NCBI GenBank assembly: GCA_963676615.1
Contig: OY781092.1
Location: forward strand, 480,001-544,000
Length of the DNA: 64,000 bases
Source of the DNA: Candidatus Cloacimonadota bacterium
Lineage (GTDB): Bacteria > Cloacimonadota > Cloacimonadia > G963667145
Direction of reading: 5' to 3'
The notes under the pieces: generated by a model
What the model saw: the letters and a program-made list of their open reading frames with translations, nothing else
Database searches by the model: none
Told to the model about the DNA's origin: nothing
In this document: one piece after another, positions 1 to 9,914 of the stretch
Position numbering within the stretch: position 1 is the first letter of the stretch
How the letters are laid out: each line of letters starts with the position of its first letter
Position numbers and translations under genes: made by a program

Positions 1-65
1 TGAATAAAATAGATACGACTAAGGTTGTAGAGGAAATAATAAAGTTTTTGGGAATTTCAAGATAA
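1..65 (+). CDS. 3' end of a gene entering from the left (..NKIDTTKVVEEIIKFLGISR*)
   Basis: Open frame from position 3 to TAA at 63-65, which overlaps the next ATG (TAATG coupling). Confidence 0.55.
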   Translation, partial: NKIDTTKVVEEIIKFLGISR

Positions 66-310
66 TGAGATCGCCTTTTTTGTTTGTAATGGTGAGCTGT
101 TTGTTGCTTTTTGTGGTGGCAAGGCTGTTTTTTGCGTTTATTTTTAATTTTTGGTATATTGCGTTGCCGATAGCCGGATATTTGGGCTACAAAGTTTATA
201 AAATCAAAAAATTGCTGACGATGAACAGGAGTCAGTTCGAAAAAAATAACGAGACAAAATTAGACCCAGCCAAGCAGGTGAAAGGCGGATCTTTTAAGGT
301 TGTTAAGTAG
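65..310 (+). CDS. Small membrane protein, hypothetical (81 aa)
   Basis: Hydrophobic N-terminal half with a basic tail; coupled to the upstream stop. Confidence 0.7.
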   Translation: MRSPFLFVMVSCLLLFVVARLFFAFIFNFWYIALPIAGYLGYKVYKIKKLLTMNRSQFEKNNETKLDPAKQVKGGSFKVVK

Positions 311-330
311 ATAAATTATAGAAGGGATGT

Positions 331-2367
331 TTGCAGATGAAGATTAAAACAATAGCTTTGATACTCTTGGGGCTAGTTGGTGTTTTGGGCGGAGTTTATG
401 TCGTTAGCGATATTATTCTCTCGGAGAGTAAGCCGATTCAGACAATAGCTGATGTGCAAGACGATTTTGAAAATTCGACAAGAAGTAGCGTTGATCAAGA
501 TTTTTCTGATATATCAGAAAGTTTTAATCAGCAAGATTATGGGAAGGTTATCGAGCTTTCTCGTAATTTTTTGCAAGATTATCCGAACAACCATTTTAGT
601 GCGAATGTGCTGTTTAAAATAGCCGAAAGTTACTACCGTTTGGGCAAATTGCCGCAGGCGAAAGACGGCTATACGAAAGTTATTGATAGTTTTCCAGATT
701 CACAAATGGCTCAGTTTGCTAGAATTAAGCTGGATCTGTTGGGGAAAGTTGACCAAGAAAGCTCTATGGATCAATTTTTGAAGTTGGAGACTGCCGAAAG
801 CGGCTATCAGGAGTGTCGCGATTTGTATAAAGGGCGAGATTTTGATGGCGCGATTAAAGGGTTTGAGGCGTTTTTGCAAAAGTATCCTAACTCCGATTTG
901 GCGTCCAATGCTCAGTATTGGCTTGCGGAATGTTATTATGCGAAAGACGATTTGCGCAGGGCGAAGCGGGAGTTTGAGAGGGTGAAAGAGAACTATCCTG
1001 GTTCAAGTAAAATTCCGTCTGCTAATCGCAAGATTTTGATGAGTAGCCAAAAGCTTGCAAGGCAAGATTCTGATGACAAACAAAAAGTGATTTACGAGAG
1101 GGCTTTGGCGAAATATAACGAAAAAGATTATCGAGGTGCGATTGCTGGTTTTAGAGCTTTTTTGAAGGAGTATCCGCAAAGCACCTATGCGCCTAACGCT
1201 TATTATTGGATAGCCGAGAGTTATTATGCGGCGGCTGATTATCAAGACGGCGTTTACAAAAATACGCTGATAAATTTGGGACAGTCTGAAAAATATTTTA
1301 AAGCTGTAATCAGCAAATTTCCCAAGAGCGAAAAAGCTGCTGATGCCAAAACGAAGTTGCAGCGAGTTGGGATGATTACCAGCTATGTAAAGGCTCGCAA
1401 AGCTTATTTGGCGAAAGATTATAATCAGGCGATTAGAGATTTTAAATCTTATCTGAATCGCTATCCTAAATCTTATCTTGCGGCGAATTGTCAGTATTGG
1501 GCTGGTGTTTGTTATTTTGATCAGGAGCAATATGCTAGGGCGAGGATTGAGTTTCAGAGAGTTGAAAAAAATTATCCAGAGCATCATAAGGCGAAAGATG
1601 CGGCTCGGAAGTTAAAAGAGATCGAGAAGATTTTGGGTAGCGAAGCGCCGAGAAGTGGCGACCTTTCGGACGAGGAGAGCGATTTTGAGGCTGTAAGGGC
1701 GTTCTTTATTCAAGGAGATATGGGCAAGCTCGTTTCGTCTGGTTCTGTTTTTTTGCAAAACTATCCGAATAGTCAAGATGTGGCGAGGGTGCAGTTTATG
1801 CTGGCGGAAGGCTATTATCGCGAGAAAGATTTTAACAGAGCGGCGAGTTATTATGGCGAGCTTTTAAGCAGCGGGAAGATGCCAGAGGAGCAAGCGTTAA
1901 TTCAAGATCGGTATCAAAGATGCCTTGCACAAAGAAGTCAGGACGCTTTGGAAGAGATGGAAGAGGGCGATGCTGAAGGCAGGCTGAACGCTGATTTGGA
2001 AAGAGGTATCGCTTTTTGTGATAACGGAGATTGGGACGCTGGTTTGGAGATGTTTTTGAGTTTGAGAGGCAGATTTGAGCCAGAGTCGGTGGATAACGCG
2101 GTGCTGCTTTATTGGATTGGCAAATATTATTACCGAGCCAAAGATTTTGCCAAGACGAAGTTGTATTTGTCGAGAGTGGACGAGGCGAAGCTTACGAAGG
2201 ACGAACGAGAGGTCTGCTATTATTGTTTGGCCGCCGCTTGTTATAAACTGGAAGATTTTGATGTTGCAATGGACGAGATTGACAAATTTTTGGTCGAATT
2301 TGGCTCTAGTAGCCAATATTACTACTCCATTTTGGATATGAAAGTCAGGATCGAAGATAATAGATAG
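331..2367 (+). CDS. Membrane-anchored TPR protein with multiple CpoB/YbgF-like modules
   Basis: N-terminal TM helix; five copies of the motif (F/Y)LxxYPxS..A.NA.YW.AE.YY; true start may be ATG 337. Confidence 0.85.
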   Translation: MQMKIKTIALILLGLVGVLGGVYVVSDIILSESKPIQTIADVQDDFENSTRSSVDQDFSDISESFNQQDYGKVIELSRNFLQDYPNNHFSANVLFKIAESYYRLGKLPQAKDGYTKVIDSFPDSQMAQFARIKLDLLGKVDQESSMDQFLKLETAESGYQECRDLYKGRDFDGAIKGFEAFLQKYPNSDLASNAQYWLAECYYAKDDLRRAKREFERVKENYPGSSKIPSANRKILMSSQKLARQDSDDKQKVIYERALAKYNEKDYRGAIAGFRAFLKEYPQSTYAPNAYYWIAESYYAAADYQDGVYKNTLINLGQSEKYFKAVISKFPKSEKAADAKTKLQRVGMITSYVKARKAYLAKDYNQAIRDFKSYLNRYPKSYLAANCQYWAGVCYFDQEQYARARIEFQRVEKNYPEHHKAKDAARKLKEIEKILGSEAPRSGDLSDEESDFEAVRAFFIQGDMGKLVSSGSVFLQNYPNSQDVARVQFMLAEGYYREKDFNRAASYYGELLSSGKMPEEQALIQDRYQRCLAQRSQDALEEMEEGDAEGRLNADLERGIAFCDNGDWDAGLEMFLSLRGRFEPESVDNAVLLYWIGKYYYRAKDFAKTKLYLSRVDEAKLTKDEREVCYYCLAAACYKLEDFDVAMDEIDKFLVEFGSSSQYYYSILDMKVRIEDNR

Positions 2368-2379
2368 GGAACTTATTTT

Positions 2380-2856
2380 ATGGAATATGTTACGGTTGTT
2401 GGTATAAAAAAAATGAACGAAAAGCTGGAGAAGCTCAAGGCGAGTTTGCCAGAGGTGGTTAGGCAGGTTTCGGTGGCACGGGAGATGGGCGATTTGTCGG
2501 AAAATGCGGAGTATCATGCGGCTAGGGAGCGAAAAAGGAACATCGAGAACGAGATCGATTATATCAGCACGCGGCTGACGAAATTGCAGGTAATTGACAC
2601 CAAGAGTATGGACGCTGGCGCTGTGCGATTTGGTTTTTGCGTTAAGGTGCAACAAAAGCGAGACCAGCAGCAGACGAACTATATTTTGGTTGGCGCGGAC
2701 GAGATAGATTTTGATTTTGGCGAAGATTTGACGCCGATCTCTTTTTTGTCCCCTTTGGGCAAAGCTCTTATTGGCAAAAAAGCAGGCGAAAACTTTGTGG
2801 TGAGCGCTCCCAAAGGCGATATCGAGTATAGCGTAGTTGAGATTTGGAGAGATTAG
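2380..2856 (+). CDS. greA: Transcription elongation factor GreA
   Basis: AREMGDLSENAEYHAARE and ISFLSPLGKALIGK motifs. Confidence 0.93.
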   Translation: MEYVTVVGIKKMNEKLEKLKASLPEVVRQVSVAREMGDLSENAEYHAARERKRNIENEIDYISTRLTKLQVIDTKSMDAGAVRFGFCVKVQQKRDQQQTNYILVGADEIDFDFGEDLTPISFLSPLGKALIGKKAGENFVVSAPKGDIEYSVVEIWRD

Positions 2857-4242
2857 ATGAGTGGCAAAGATTTGATTTATAAGAAAAATACGGCTTGGCA
2901 AAAAGATGGCGATGTGGACAAAATTTACGATTTTGCGCAAGGTTACAAAAAGTTTTTGGATGCGTGCAAAACGGAAAGATTGAGTGTTGATTACACGGTT
3001 GAGCTTTTGCGCAAAGCGGGTTTTAAGGAGTTAGAAGAGGGCGGAGACAAAGTTTACCAAGTTTTTAAATCCAAAAGCGTGGCGTTTGCTGTTTTGGGCA
3101 AGAACCCTCTTGTCGAAGGGGCAAATGTTATCGCCTCGCACATCGATTCGCCGCGGGTTGACCTCAAGCAAAACCCTTTTTTTGAATCGGACGATGTTTG
3201 TATGGCGAAAACTCATTATTATGGCGGCATCAAGAAGTATCAGTGGTTTTCCACGCCTTTGGCTCTGCACGGCGTGGTTATCAAATCTGACGGCACAAAG
3301 GTCAAAATCGACATTGGCGAAGAGTCAAACGACCCAGTTTTTGTGATTCCTGATCTTTTGCCGCATTTGGCGCGTAAAGTGCAGTATGCCAAGAAGTTAC
3401 CAGACGCTTTTGATGCAAACAAAATGAATTTGGTTTTTTCGTCGATGCCAGCTTTTGGTGACGACAAAAAAGAGTTGAGTTCTCGCTTTAAGCTGCGGGC
3501 TTTGCAGATTTTGAACGAGAAATACGGAATAAAAGAGAAAGATTTTTTGTCGGCGGAGCTTAGCTTGGTGCCAGCAGGGCAAGCTCGAGACGCTGGCATT
3601 GATGCGTCGATGATTTTGGCTTATGGTCAGGACGACAGAGTCTGTTCGTATTGTGGTTTGCGGGCGCTTTTGGATACACAAAAATCGGCAAAGACGACGA
3701 TTTGTTATTTTGCGGACAAAGAGGAGATAGGCAGCGACGGCAACACTGGTGCAAAGTCTGCTTTCTTCAAAAACTTTTTGCAAGAGCTTTTGCGTTTGAA
3801 AGGCGAAGATTTTGGCAGCTACTCTTTGGCAAAAACTCTTGGCAATACTCAGATTATTTCGGCGGATGTTACCGCAGCGCTAAATCCGAACTACCCAGAA
3901 GTTCACGACAAGCAAAACGCAACGATTTTGGGTTCGGGAGTTGAAATCTCGAAATTTGGCGGAGGCGGTGGAAAATACTCGTCCAGCGATGCGGGAAGCG
4001 AGTTTGTGGCAAAATTGACCAGAATTTTCGACAAGAATAAAGTTGCTTGGCAGATGGGCTCTTTGGGCAAAGTTGACGAAGGCGGCGGCGGCACTATCGC
4101 CAAATTTTTGGCAGCTTTGGGAGCAGATGTTGTCGATTGTGGCACAGGTCTATTCGGGATGCATTCCCTATATGAACTCTCCAGTAAAGTCGATGTTTAC
4201 AACACCTATTTGGCATATTCGGGCTTTTTGAGGGAGTGCTAG
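2857..4242 (+). CDS. M18 family aminopeptidase
   Basis: SHIDSPR, YYGGIKKYQW, GQDDRVC, KEEIGS and MHS metal-binding motifs. Confidence 0.92.
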   Translation: MSGKDLIYKKNTAWQKDGDVDKIYDFAQGYKKFLDACKTERLSVDYTVELLRKAGFKELEEGGDKVYQVFKSKSVAFAVLGKNPLVEGANVIASHIDSPRVDLKQNPFFESDDVCMAKTHYYGGIKKYQWFSTPLALHGVVIKSDGTKVKIDIGEESNDPVFVIPDLLPHLARKVQYAKKLPDAFDANKMNLVFSSMPAFGDDKKELSSRFKLRALQILNEKYGIKEKDFLSAELSLVPAGQARDAGIDASMILAYGQDDRVCSYCGLRALLDTQKSAKTTICYFADKEEIGSDGNTGAKSAFFKNFLQELLRLKGEDFGSYSLAKTLGNTQIISADVTAALNPNYPEVHDKQNATILGSGVEISKFGGGGGKYSSSDAGSEFVAKLTRIFDKNKVAWQMGSLGKVDEGGGGTIAKFLAALGADVVDCGTGLFGMHSLYELSSKVDVYNTYLAYSGFLREC

Positions 4243-4249
4243 ACCCGCT

Positions 4250-6130
4250 ATGAACACAAGGCGTTTAGTAATAATTTTCTTTTCCTGCTTGATTTTGCTC
4301 TCGGGATTGTATATCGTTTACAAAATTGTGGACGATTCGCAGGAGGTCGCCAGCGAGCCAGCGCAAGAAAAATTGTATAAAGTCGTGCTGGCGCATTACG
4401 CTCAAAAAGAGTATGAAAACACAATTCATTTGGGCGAATCGTTTTTGGAGAAGTATCCGCAAAGCCCTTATTTTTCGGATGTTTTGCTCAATATTGGACA
4501 GTCGTATTTTAATCTGCGGGAATACGACAAAGCTATTCAATCTTACGAGCTACTTTTGGATAAATTCCCAAATTACAAGCTGGAAAAGTATGTTTTGGAC
4601 AAAATCGAGCGAGCTGCGGAGTATAAAAAAGATTTGGTTTTGAGCTTGGAACTCGGCTCTGGCGGCGTGCAGACAGATTTTGAGAAGTGCAAAAAACTTT
4701 TTGACGACAAGCAGTATCAAAAATCTGCTCGGGCGCTGAAGCTGTATTTGCAAAACTACCCAGATAGTCCTTTTGCGTCTAACGCCGAGTATTTGATCGC
4801 CGATAGTTACTTTAACTTGGGCGATTTTGAGCTAGCGGCGAAGCTTTATCAGCAAGTAATCGAAAAATATCCGCAAAGTGAGGAGCTTTATTTGTCGAAA
4901 AGGCGGCTGGAAAAAATAGGTTCGCTTAAAGAGAAAAAAAGTGGCAGTTCGCTGACGGAGATTTACAAAAAGGCTCTAGATAAATATTATGCCAAAAATT
5001 TCGACGCGGCGATTGAGGAGTTTTCTGACTTTTTGACGCTTTATCCCAAAAGCGATTTGGCGCCGAATTGCCAGTATTGGCTGGCGGAATCTTTCTACTC
5101 TTTGGACAAAAAAAGCCAAGCGCTCTCGGAGTTTGAGAAGGTGGTGAAGTTTTATCCCAGCTCGAGCAAAGCCAAAGACGCCAAAATTAAAATTAAGATG
5201 ATAACCGATGCGCGCGCGGAGAGCAAAAGTTCGCAAGAGTTTCAGGATTACAAAAATATTCGCAAAACTTATCTTGTGGGAAAATATCGGAAAGCGATTA
5301 AAGATTTCGATAATTTTTTGGTGCAATTTCCCGATAGCAAATATGTGCCAAACGCTTACTACTGGAAGGCTGAGTGCTATTATTCGCTGGAGGAATACGA
5401 GGATGCGATTTCTGTTTTTGAGCAGATTTTGCAACTTTTTCCCGATTCGCAAAAGGCAAATCACGCTACGGTGAAAATTCGTATGTCCAAAGAGAAGCTG
5501 GGAATTGTGGAATATACGCCGCAGGAAGCGCTTTACAAGAAAAGTTACGGCTTGTATGAGAGCAAAAAGTTTGAGCAGGCCATCGCTTCGTTTGATGATT
5601 ATATGCAAAAATTCCCGTCAACGCCGCTGGTGGAGAACTGTTTGTATTGGATTGGCGAGTGTTATTACGCGATGGAAGATTTTGCGAAGGCGGCGGACTA
5701 TTTTCGGCAGACGATGGAGCGGTATCCGTCTGGAAACAAGGCGCAGGACGCAAAAATCAAGTATGATATGTGTTTGCGGAAAAGTGGGCAGCAGGTGAAG
5801 TCGGCAAAGGAGTTGACTTATGAGTCGATTCGCCAAGATTTTTTGGATACGAATTACGACCGCGCCATCAGCAGGGGTTTGGATTTTGTGGAGAAATTTC
5901 CGCAGAGTCGGCAGGCGTCTAAAATCAGGTTGCTTGTTGCCGAAAGTTATCAAATGTCGCGGAAATTCGAGCAGGCTTTGATTGAGTACAAGCAGATTGG
6001 GCGCGATTATCCAGATTTGGCGGTGAGCTCGCAGGAGAAGGTTGTGGAGCTTTGTCAGAGGCTAGATAGGCCGTTGCAGAAAAAAATCGAAGAGCGGGAG
6101 CTTGACGAGTTGAAACGAGAGAGGCAGTAG
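4250..6130 (+). CDS. Membrane-anchored TPR protein with multiple CpoB/YbgF-like modules (likely paralogue of 331-2367)
   Basis: N-terminal TM helix; six copies of the YPxS..A.N..YW.AE.YY-type motif. Confidence 0.85.
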   Translation: MNTRRLVIIFFSCLILLSGLYIVYKIVDDSQEVASEPAQEKLYKVVLAHYAQKEYENTIHLGESFLEKYPQSPYFSDVLLNIGQSYFNLREYDKAIQSYELLLDKFPNYKLEKYVLDKIERAAEYKKDLVLSLELGSGGVQTDFEKCKKLFDDKQYQKSARALKLYLQNYPDSPFASNAEYLIADSYFNLGDFELAAKLYQQVIEKYPQSEELYLSKRRLEKIGSLKEKKSGSSLTEIYKKALDKYYAKNFDAAIEEFSDFLTLYPKSDLAPNCQYWLAESFYSLDKKSQALSEFEKVVKFYPSSSKAKDAKIKIKMITDARAESKSSQEFQDYKNIRKTYLVGKYRKAIKDFDNFLVQFPDSKYVPNAYYWKAECYYSLEEYEDAISVFEQILQLFPDSQKANHATVKIRMSKEKLGIVEYTPQEALYKKSYGLYESKKFEQAIASFDDYMQKFPSTPLVENCLYWIGECYYAMEDFAKAADYFRQTMERYPSGNKAQDAKIKYDMCLRKSGQQVKSAKELTYESIRQDFLDTNYDRAISRGLDFVEKFPQSRQASKIRLLVAESYQMSRKFEQALIEYKQIGRDYPDLAVSSQEKVVELCQRLDRPLQKKIEERELDELKRERQ

Positions 6131-6133
6131 GCG

Positions 6134-6586
6134 ATGAGCGAGTTTACGCATTTGGACGAAAATTACAAGGCGAAAATGGTCGATGTTAGCGGGAAAGTCA
6201 AGCAGTTGCGGGTTGCCAAGGCTTGCGGGAAGATAGTTTTGCAGCCCGAGACGGTTGAAAAAATCGTTTCTAACAGCATTATCAAGGGCAATGTTTTGGC
6301 GGTCGCTAAAGTGGCTGCGATTCAGGGCGCGAAAAAAACGAGCGAGCTGATTCCGATGTGTCATAATGTTTTTATTTCTCAGATAGATGTGTCGTTCGAG
6401 GTCGAAGCGGACGGTGTTGTTTGCAGGAGCAAAGCTGTGGCTGTGGATGTTACGGGAATAGAGATGGAGGCGCTGACGGCTGTAAGTGTCGCTTTGCTAA
6501 CGATTTACGATATGTGTAAGGCGGTCGATAAAAAAATGAGCTTTTCGCAGATTCGGCTGCTGGAGAAAACAAAGCAGGATTTGTGA
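6134..6586 (+). CDS. moaC: Cyclic pyranopterin monophosphate synthase MoaC
   Basis: FTHLD..AKMVDVS, LIPMCH, TGIEMEALTAV, IYDMCKAVDK. Confidence 0.96.
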   Translation: MSEFTHLDENYKAKMVDVSGKVKQLRVAKACGKIVLQPETVEKIVSNSIIKGNVLAVAKVAAIQGAKKTSELIPMCHNVFISQIDVSFEVEADGVVCRSKAVAVDVTGIEMEALTAVSVALLTIYDMCKAVDKKMSFSQIRLLEKTKQDL

Positions 6587-7077
6587 TGTTGTCTGCCAGT
6601 TTTGCGGTGATAACTCTGAGCACGCGCGCCAGTGCTGGCGTTTATGAGGACAAAAGCGGCAAATTTCTTGTGGAGAGGTTGACCGACTTTTGCCAAAATA
6701 GTGGCGAATATTTTTTGCTGGCTGACGATAAAAAAGAGCTTTCTGTGACTTTGCAAAATCTTTGCCAAAAAAAAATCGATTTGATTTTTACCACTGGCGG
6801 AACAGGCATTGGCACGAGCGATTTTACCGTGGAGGTGGTTCGAGCATTTTTGGACAAAGAGATTCCTGGAGTGATGGAGTTTGTTCGCCAAAAGTATGGA
6901 GCAGGCAACAAAAACGCTTTGCTTAGCCGCGGAGTGTGTGGCTTGAGCGGCAGTTCGCTGATTTTCACTTTGCCGGGCAGCCAAAGGGCTGTGAGCGAGT
7001 ATTGGCAAGAGATAGAGCCGCTTTTGCAACATATGTTGCAGATGAAGGCGGATGTGGATTCTCATGAAAAAGTTTGA
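6583..7077 (+). CDS. MogA/MoaB family molybdenum cofactor biosynthesis protein
   Basis: ITLSTRASAGVYEDKSG, TTGGTGIG, LSRG, TLPGS motifs; follows moaC. Confidence 0.9.
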   Translation: MMLSASFAVITLSTRASAGVYEDKSGKFLVERLTDFCQNSGEYFLLADDKKELSVTLQNLCQKKIDLIFTTGGTGIGTSDFTVEVVRAFLDKEIPGVMEFVRQKYGAGNKNALLSRGVCGLSGSSLIFTLPGSQRAVSEYWQEIEPLLQHMLQMKADVDSHEKV

Positions 7078-7684
7078 TATTTTTTTGTCCCATTTTTTGA
7101 CGAAAGAGCAGCAAAAAGTTTTCCTCTTTTTGCTTCTTTTTTTTGCTTTTGGAAAAGGTCTGGATTTGGTTTCTTATCAAAAATATGCGACGCCAGAGGA
7201 GAAAAAGAGGCTGACGCAGGCGCTGGAAAAGCAGGCAAAAGTTGTGTTTGATCTGCAGACAGCCACGGCGCAGGAACTGGAGATGGTGCCTGGCATCGGC
7301 GCAAAAACAGCGGCGAAAATTATCGCTCTTCGCCCCAAGTTTACTTGCCGCGAAGATTTGTTAAAGGTCAAAGGCATTGGACCTGCCAAGTTTGCCAAGA
7401 TTAAGGACTATTTTTTGCCGTTTGGGCAGACTCATCAGGAAGAAGTGGCGCAGGAGAAAAAATCTCAGGCGGAGTTCGATTTGCAGGCAGAATCTGTCGA
7501 TTTGAACACGGCTGGCGTTCAGGAGCTTACATCTGTCAAAGGCATCGGCAAAGTTACGGCGCAAAAGATTGTTGAGTATCGAGAGAAAAACGGCAGATTT
7601 GACTCTTTGGAAGATTTGTTGAAGATTAAAGGCATTGGCAAGAAAAAGCTGCAACTTATTTCAAAGCAAGCAGTTATAAGGTAA
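7064..7684 (+). CDS. comEA: ComEA family DNA-binding protein with two helix-hairpin-helix domains
   Basis: TM anchor, then two ComEA units (DLQTATAQELEMVPGIG..VKGIG and DLNTAGVQELTSVKGIG..IKGIG); ATG 7064 preferred over 7052. Confidence 0.85.
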   Translation: MKKFDIFLSHFLTKEQQKVFLFLLLFFAFGKGLDLVSYQKYATPEEKKRLTQALEKQAKVVFDLQTATAQELEMVPGIGAKTAAKIIALRPKFTCREDLLKVKGIGPAKFAKIKDYFLPFGQTHQEEVAQEKKSQAEFDLQAESVDLNTAGVQELTSVKGIGKVTAQKIVEYREKNGRFDSLEDLLKIKGIGKKKLQLISKQAVIR

Positions 7685-7693
7685 AGAGGGAAA

Positions 7694-8980
7694 ATGATTG
7701 AGAGATATTCGCGCGAGCAGATGCGGGAGATTTGGAGCGATAAGAGCAAGTTTGACAAGATGTTGTTGGTGGAAGTGGCTGTGTGCAGGGCGAAGGCGAA
7801 GCTGGGGATTATTCCAGAGAAAGATATGCAACAGATTGAAAATTCAGCTAGTTACACACTTGCTCGATTGCGTGAGATTGAGAAAGAGGTGAAGCACGAT
7901 GTGATTGCGTTTCTCACGAATGTGGCTGAAAATGTGGGCGATTCCTCGCGTTATATTCATGTGGGTTTGACCTCGTCCGATGTGTTGGATTCGGCTCTGG
8001 CGTTGCAGTTCAAGGACTCTTTGCAGATTTTGCAGTCGGGTTTGGACGCACTTATGCAGCAGTTGAAAATTTTGGCGTATAAATACAAAGATTTGCCGCA
8101 AATGGGCAGAACTCACGGCGTTCATGCCGAGCCGATTAGTTTGGGGTTGAAGTTTGCTCTTTGGTATGAGGATATGAAGCGAAATCGGCAGCGGTTGCAG
8201 GAGATCAAAAAGCGGGTGCTTGTGGGCAAACTTTCGGGAGCTGTGGGGACTTTTGCGGCGACAGAGCCAGAGGTGGAGGAGCTCGCTTTGCAATCTTTGG
8301 GGCTCGATTTTGCGAAAATTTCCACGCAGATTGTGCAGCGAGATCGGCAGGCGGAGTATTTGAATTTTTGCGCACTGGTGGCGTCGTGCCTCGAGAAAAT
8401 TGCTGTTGAGCTTCGCAATTTGCAACGAACAGAAATCAGGGAGCTGGAAGAGGGTTTTGGCAAAGGGCAAAAGGGTTCTTCAGCGATGCCCCACAAAAAA
8501 AATCCAATCTCTGCGGAAAACATTACGGGATTGTGCAGAGTTGTGCGAGGCTATGCGGTGGCTGGCTTGGAGAATGTTGCTTTGTGGCACGAGCGCGATT
8601 TGTCCAACTCGTCGTGCGAGCGGGTGACTTTGGCGGATAGCTCGATTTTGCTCGATTATATGCTTGCTCGTATGTTGAAGATTTTGAGTAACTTAACCGT
8701 TTTGGAAGATAACATCAGCGAGAATTTGCACAAAACCAAAGGGATTATTTTTTCGCAAAAGCTGATGCTTGCCCTGACCAAATCTGGCACGCTTCGTGAG
8801 GACGCTTATGCCTTGGTACAAGCGCTTTCGCACAAGGCTTGGAACGAAAAAATAGAGCTTAAAACTTTGGTGGAAAAAGAGCCAAAAATCGTATTGTCGC
8901 AGTCGCAAATCGACGAGATTTTTTCGGTGAAAAACTTTCTAGGCAATGTTGACAAAATTTTCGCTAGAGTTTTTGATTAA
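7694..8980 (+). CDS. purB: Adenylosuccinate lyase
   Basis: MIERYSR, HDVIAF, GRTHGVHAEP, GSSAMPHKKNP signature. Confidence 0.97.
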   Translation: MIERYSREQMREIWSDKSKFDKMLLVEVAVCRAKAKLGIIPEKDMQQIENSASYTLARLREIEKEVKHDVIAFLTNVAENVGDSSRYIHVGLTSSDVLDSALALQFKDSLQILQSGLDALMQQLKILAYKYKDLPQMGRTHGVHAEPISLGLKFALWYEDMKRNRQRLQEIKKRVLVGKLSGAVGTFAATEPEVEELALQSLGLDFAKISTQIVQRDRQAEYLNFCALVASCLEKIAVELRNLQRTEIRELEEGFGKGQKGSSAMPHKKNPISAENITGLCRVVRGYAVAGLENVALWHERDLSNSSCERVTLADSSILLDYMLARMLKILSNLTVLEDNISENLHKTKGIIFSQKLMLALTKSGTLREDAYALVQALSHKAWNEKIELKTLVEKEPKIVLSQSQIDEIFSVKNFLGNVDKIFARVFD

Positions 8981-9822
8981 AAGACGAAAGTTTTGTTTTT
9001 GTAGGTGATAATTTTGCGGTTGACATGGTTGTAAATCGCCCGTGACAGCACGATTTTTTCCAAATCTTTGCCCTGACGAATCAGCTCTTTAATCGAGTCG
9101 CTGTGCGAGACTCGGGCAACATCTTGCTCAATTATCGGACCTTCATCAAGTTTGGTCGTCACATAGTGGCTGGTGGCGCCGATGATTTTCACGCCGCGGT
9201 TGAACGCCTGATGATAAGGCTTTGCGCCCGGAAAAGCTGGCAAAAATGAGTGGTGAATGTTGATGATTTTGTTGGGGAATTTGCAGATTAGCGCCTCGGA
9301 CAAAATTTGCATATAACGCGCCAGCACTACGAAATCGACCTGATGTTTTTTCAAAAGTTCCAGCTGTTTTTGTTCCATTTCGGCTTTGTTCTCTTTGGTA
9401 ATCGGCAGATAAAAAAATGGAATACCAAAAGCTTTGGCAATCGGCTCTAAAACTTGATGATTGGAGATAATCAGCGGAATTTCGATTTGATAAGCGTCTT
9501 GGCGTGCCAAAATGTCGAACAGGCAGTGCGAGGCTTTGGAAACAAAAATCGCCATCTTGGGCTTTGCGTCGGTAAAGTAGAGGTGAATCTCGGTTTTACT
9601 CAAGGTTTTTGCCACCTCAAGCTCAAATTTTTCTTTGATTTCGTGCCGCTGCAAACCGAACTCCGTCAGCGACCATTTGACCCGCATAAAATATTTGTTG
9701 TCCTCAACATGCTGGTCGATATCGACGATATTTCCCTCGTATTTCGCCAAAAAAGAGGTGACTTTGGCAGCAATTCCCAGCTGATCCTGGCAGCTAATCA
9801 AAAGAATAGCAAACGCACTCAT
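8977..9822 (-). CDS. purU: Formyltetrahydrofolate deformylase
   Basis: N-terminal ACT domain; VLARYMQILS, INIHHSFLPAFPGAKPY, GATSHYVT..LDEGPIIEQ. Confidence 0.96.
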   Translation of the reverse strand: MSAFAILLISCQDQLGIAAKVTSFLAKYEGNIVDIDQHVEDNKYFMRVKWSLTEFGLQRHEIKEKFELEVAKTLSKTEIHLYFTDAKPKMAIFVSKASHCLFDILARQDAYQIEIPLIISNHQVLEPIAKAFGIPFFYLPITKENKAEMEQKQLELLKKHQVDFVVLARYMQILSEALICKFPNKIINIHHSFLPAFPGAKPYHQAFNRGVKIIGATSHYVTTKLDEGPIIEQDVARVSHSDSIKELIRQGKDLEKIVLSRAIYNHVNRKIITYKNKTFVF

Positions 9823-9914
9823 AATTCAATCCTTCTCAAGTTAATCTAATACGAAAAGTTTTTTCGGAAGCGGATTGTCAACAGAAACAGGGGAATATCA
9901 CCGTTTTGGCTGGG

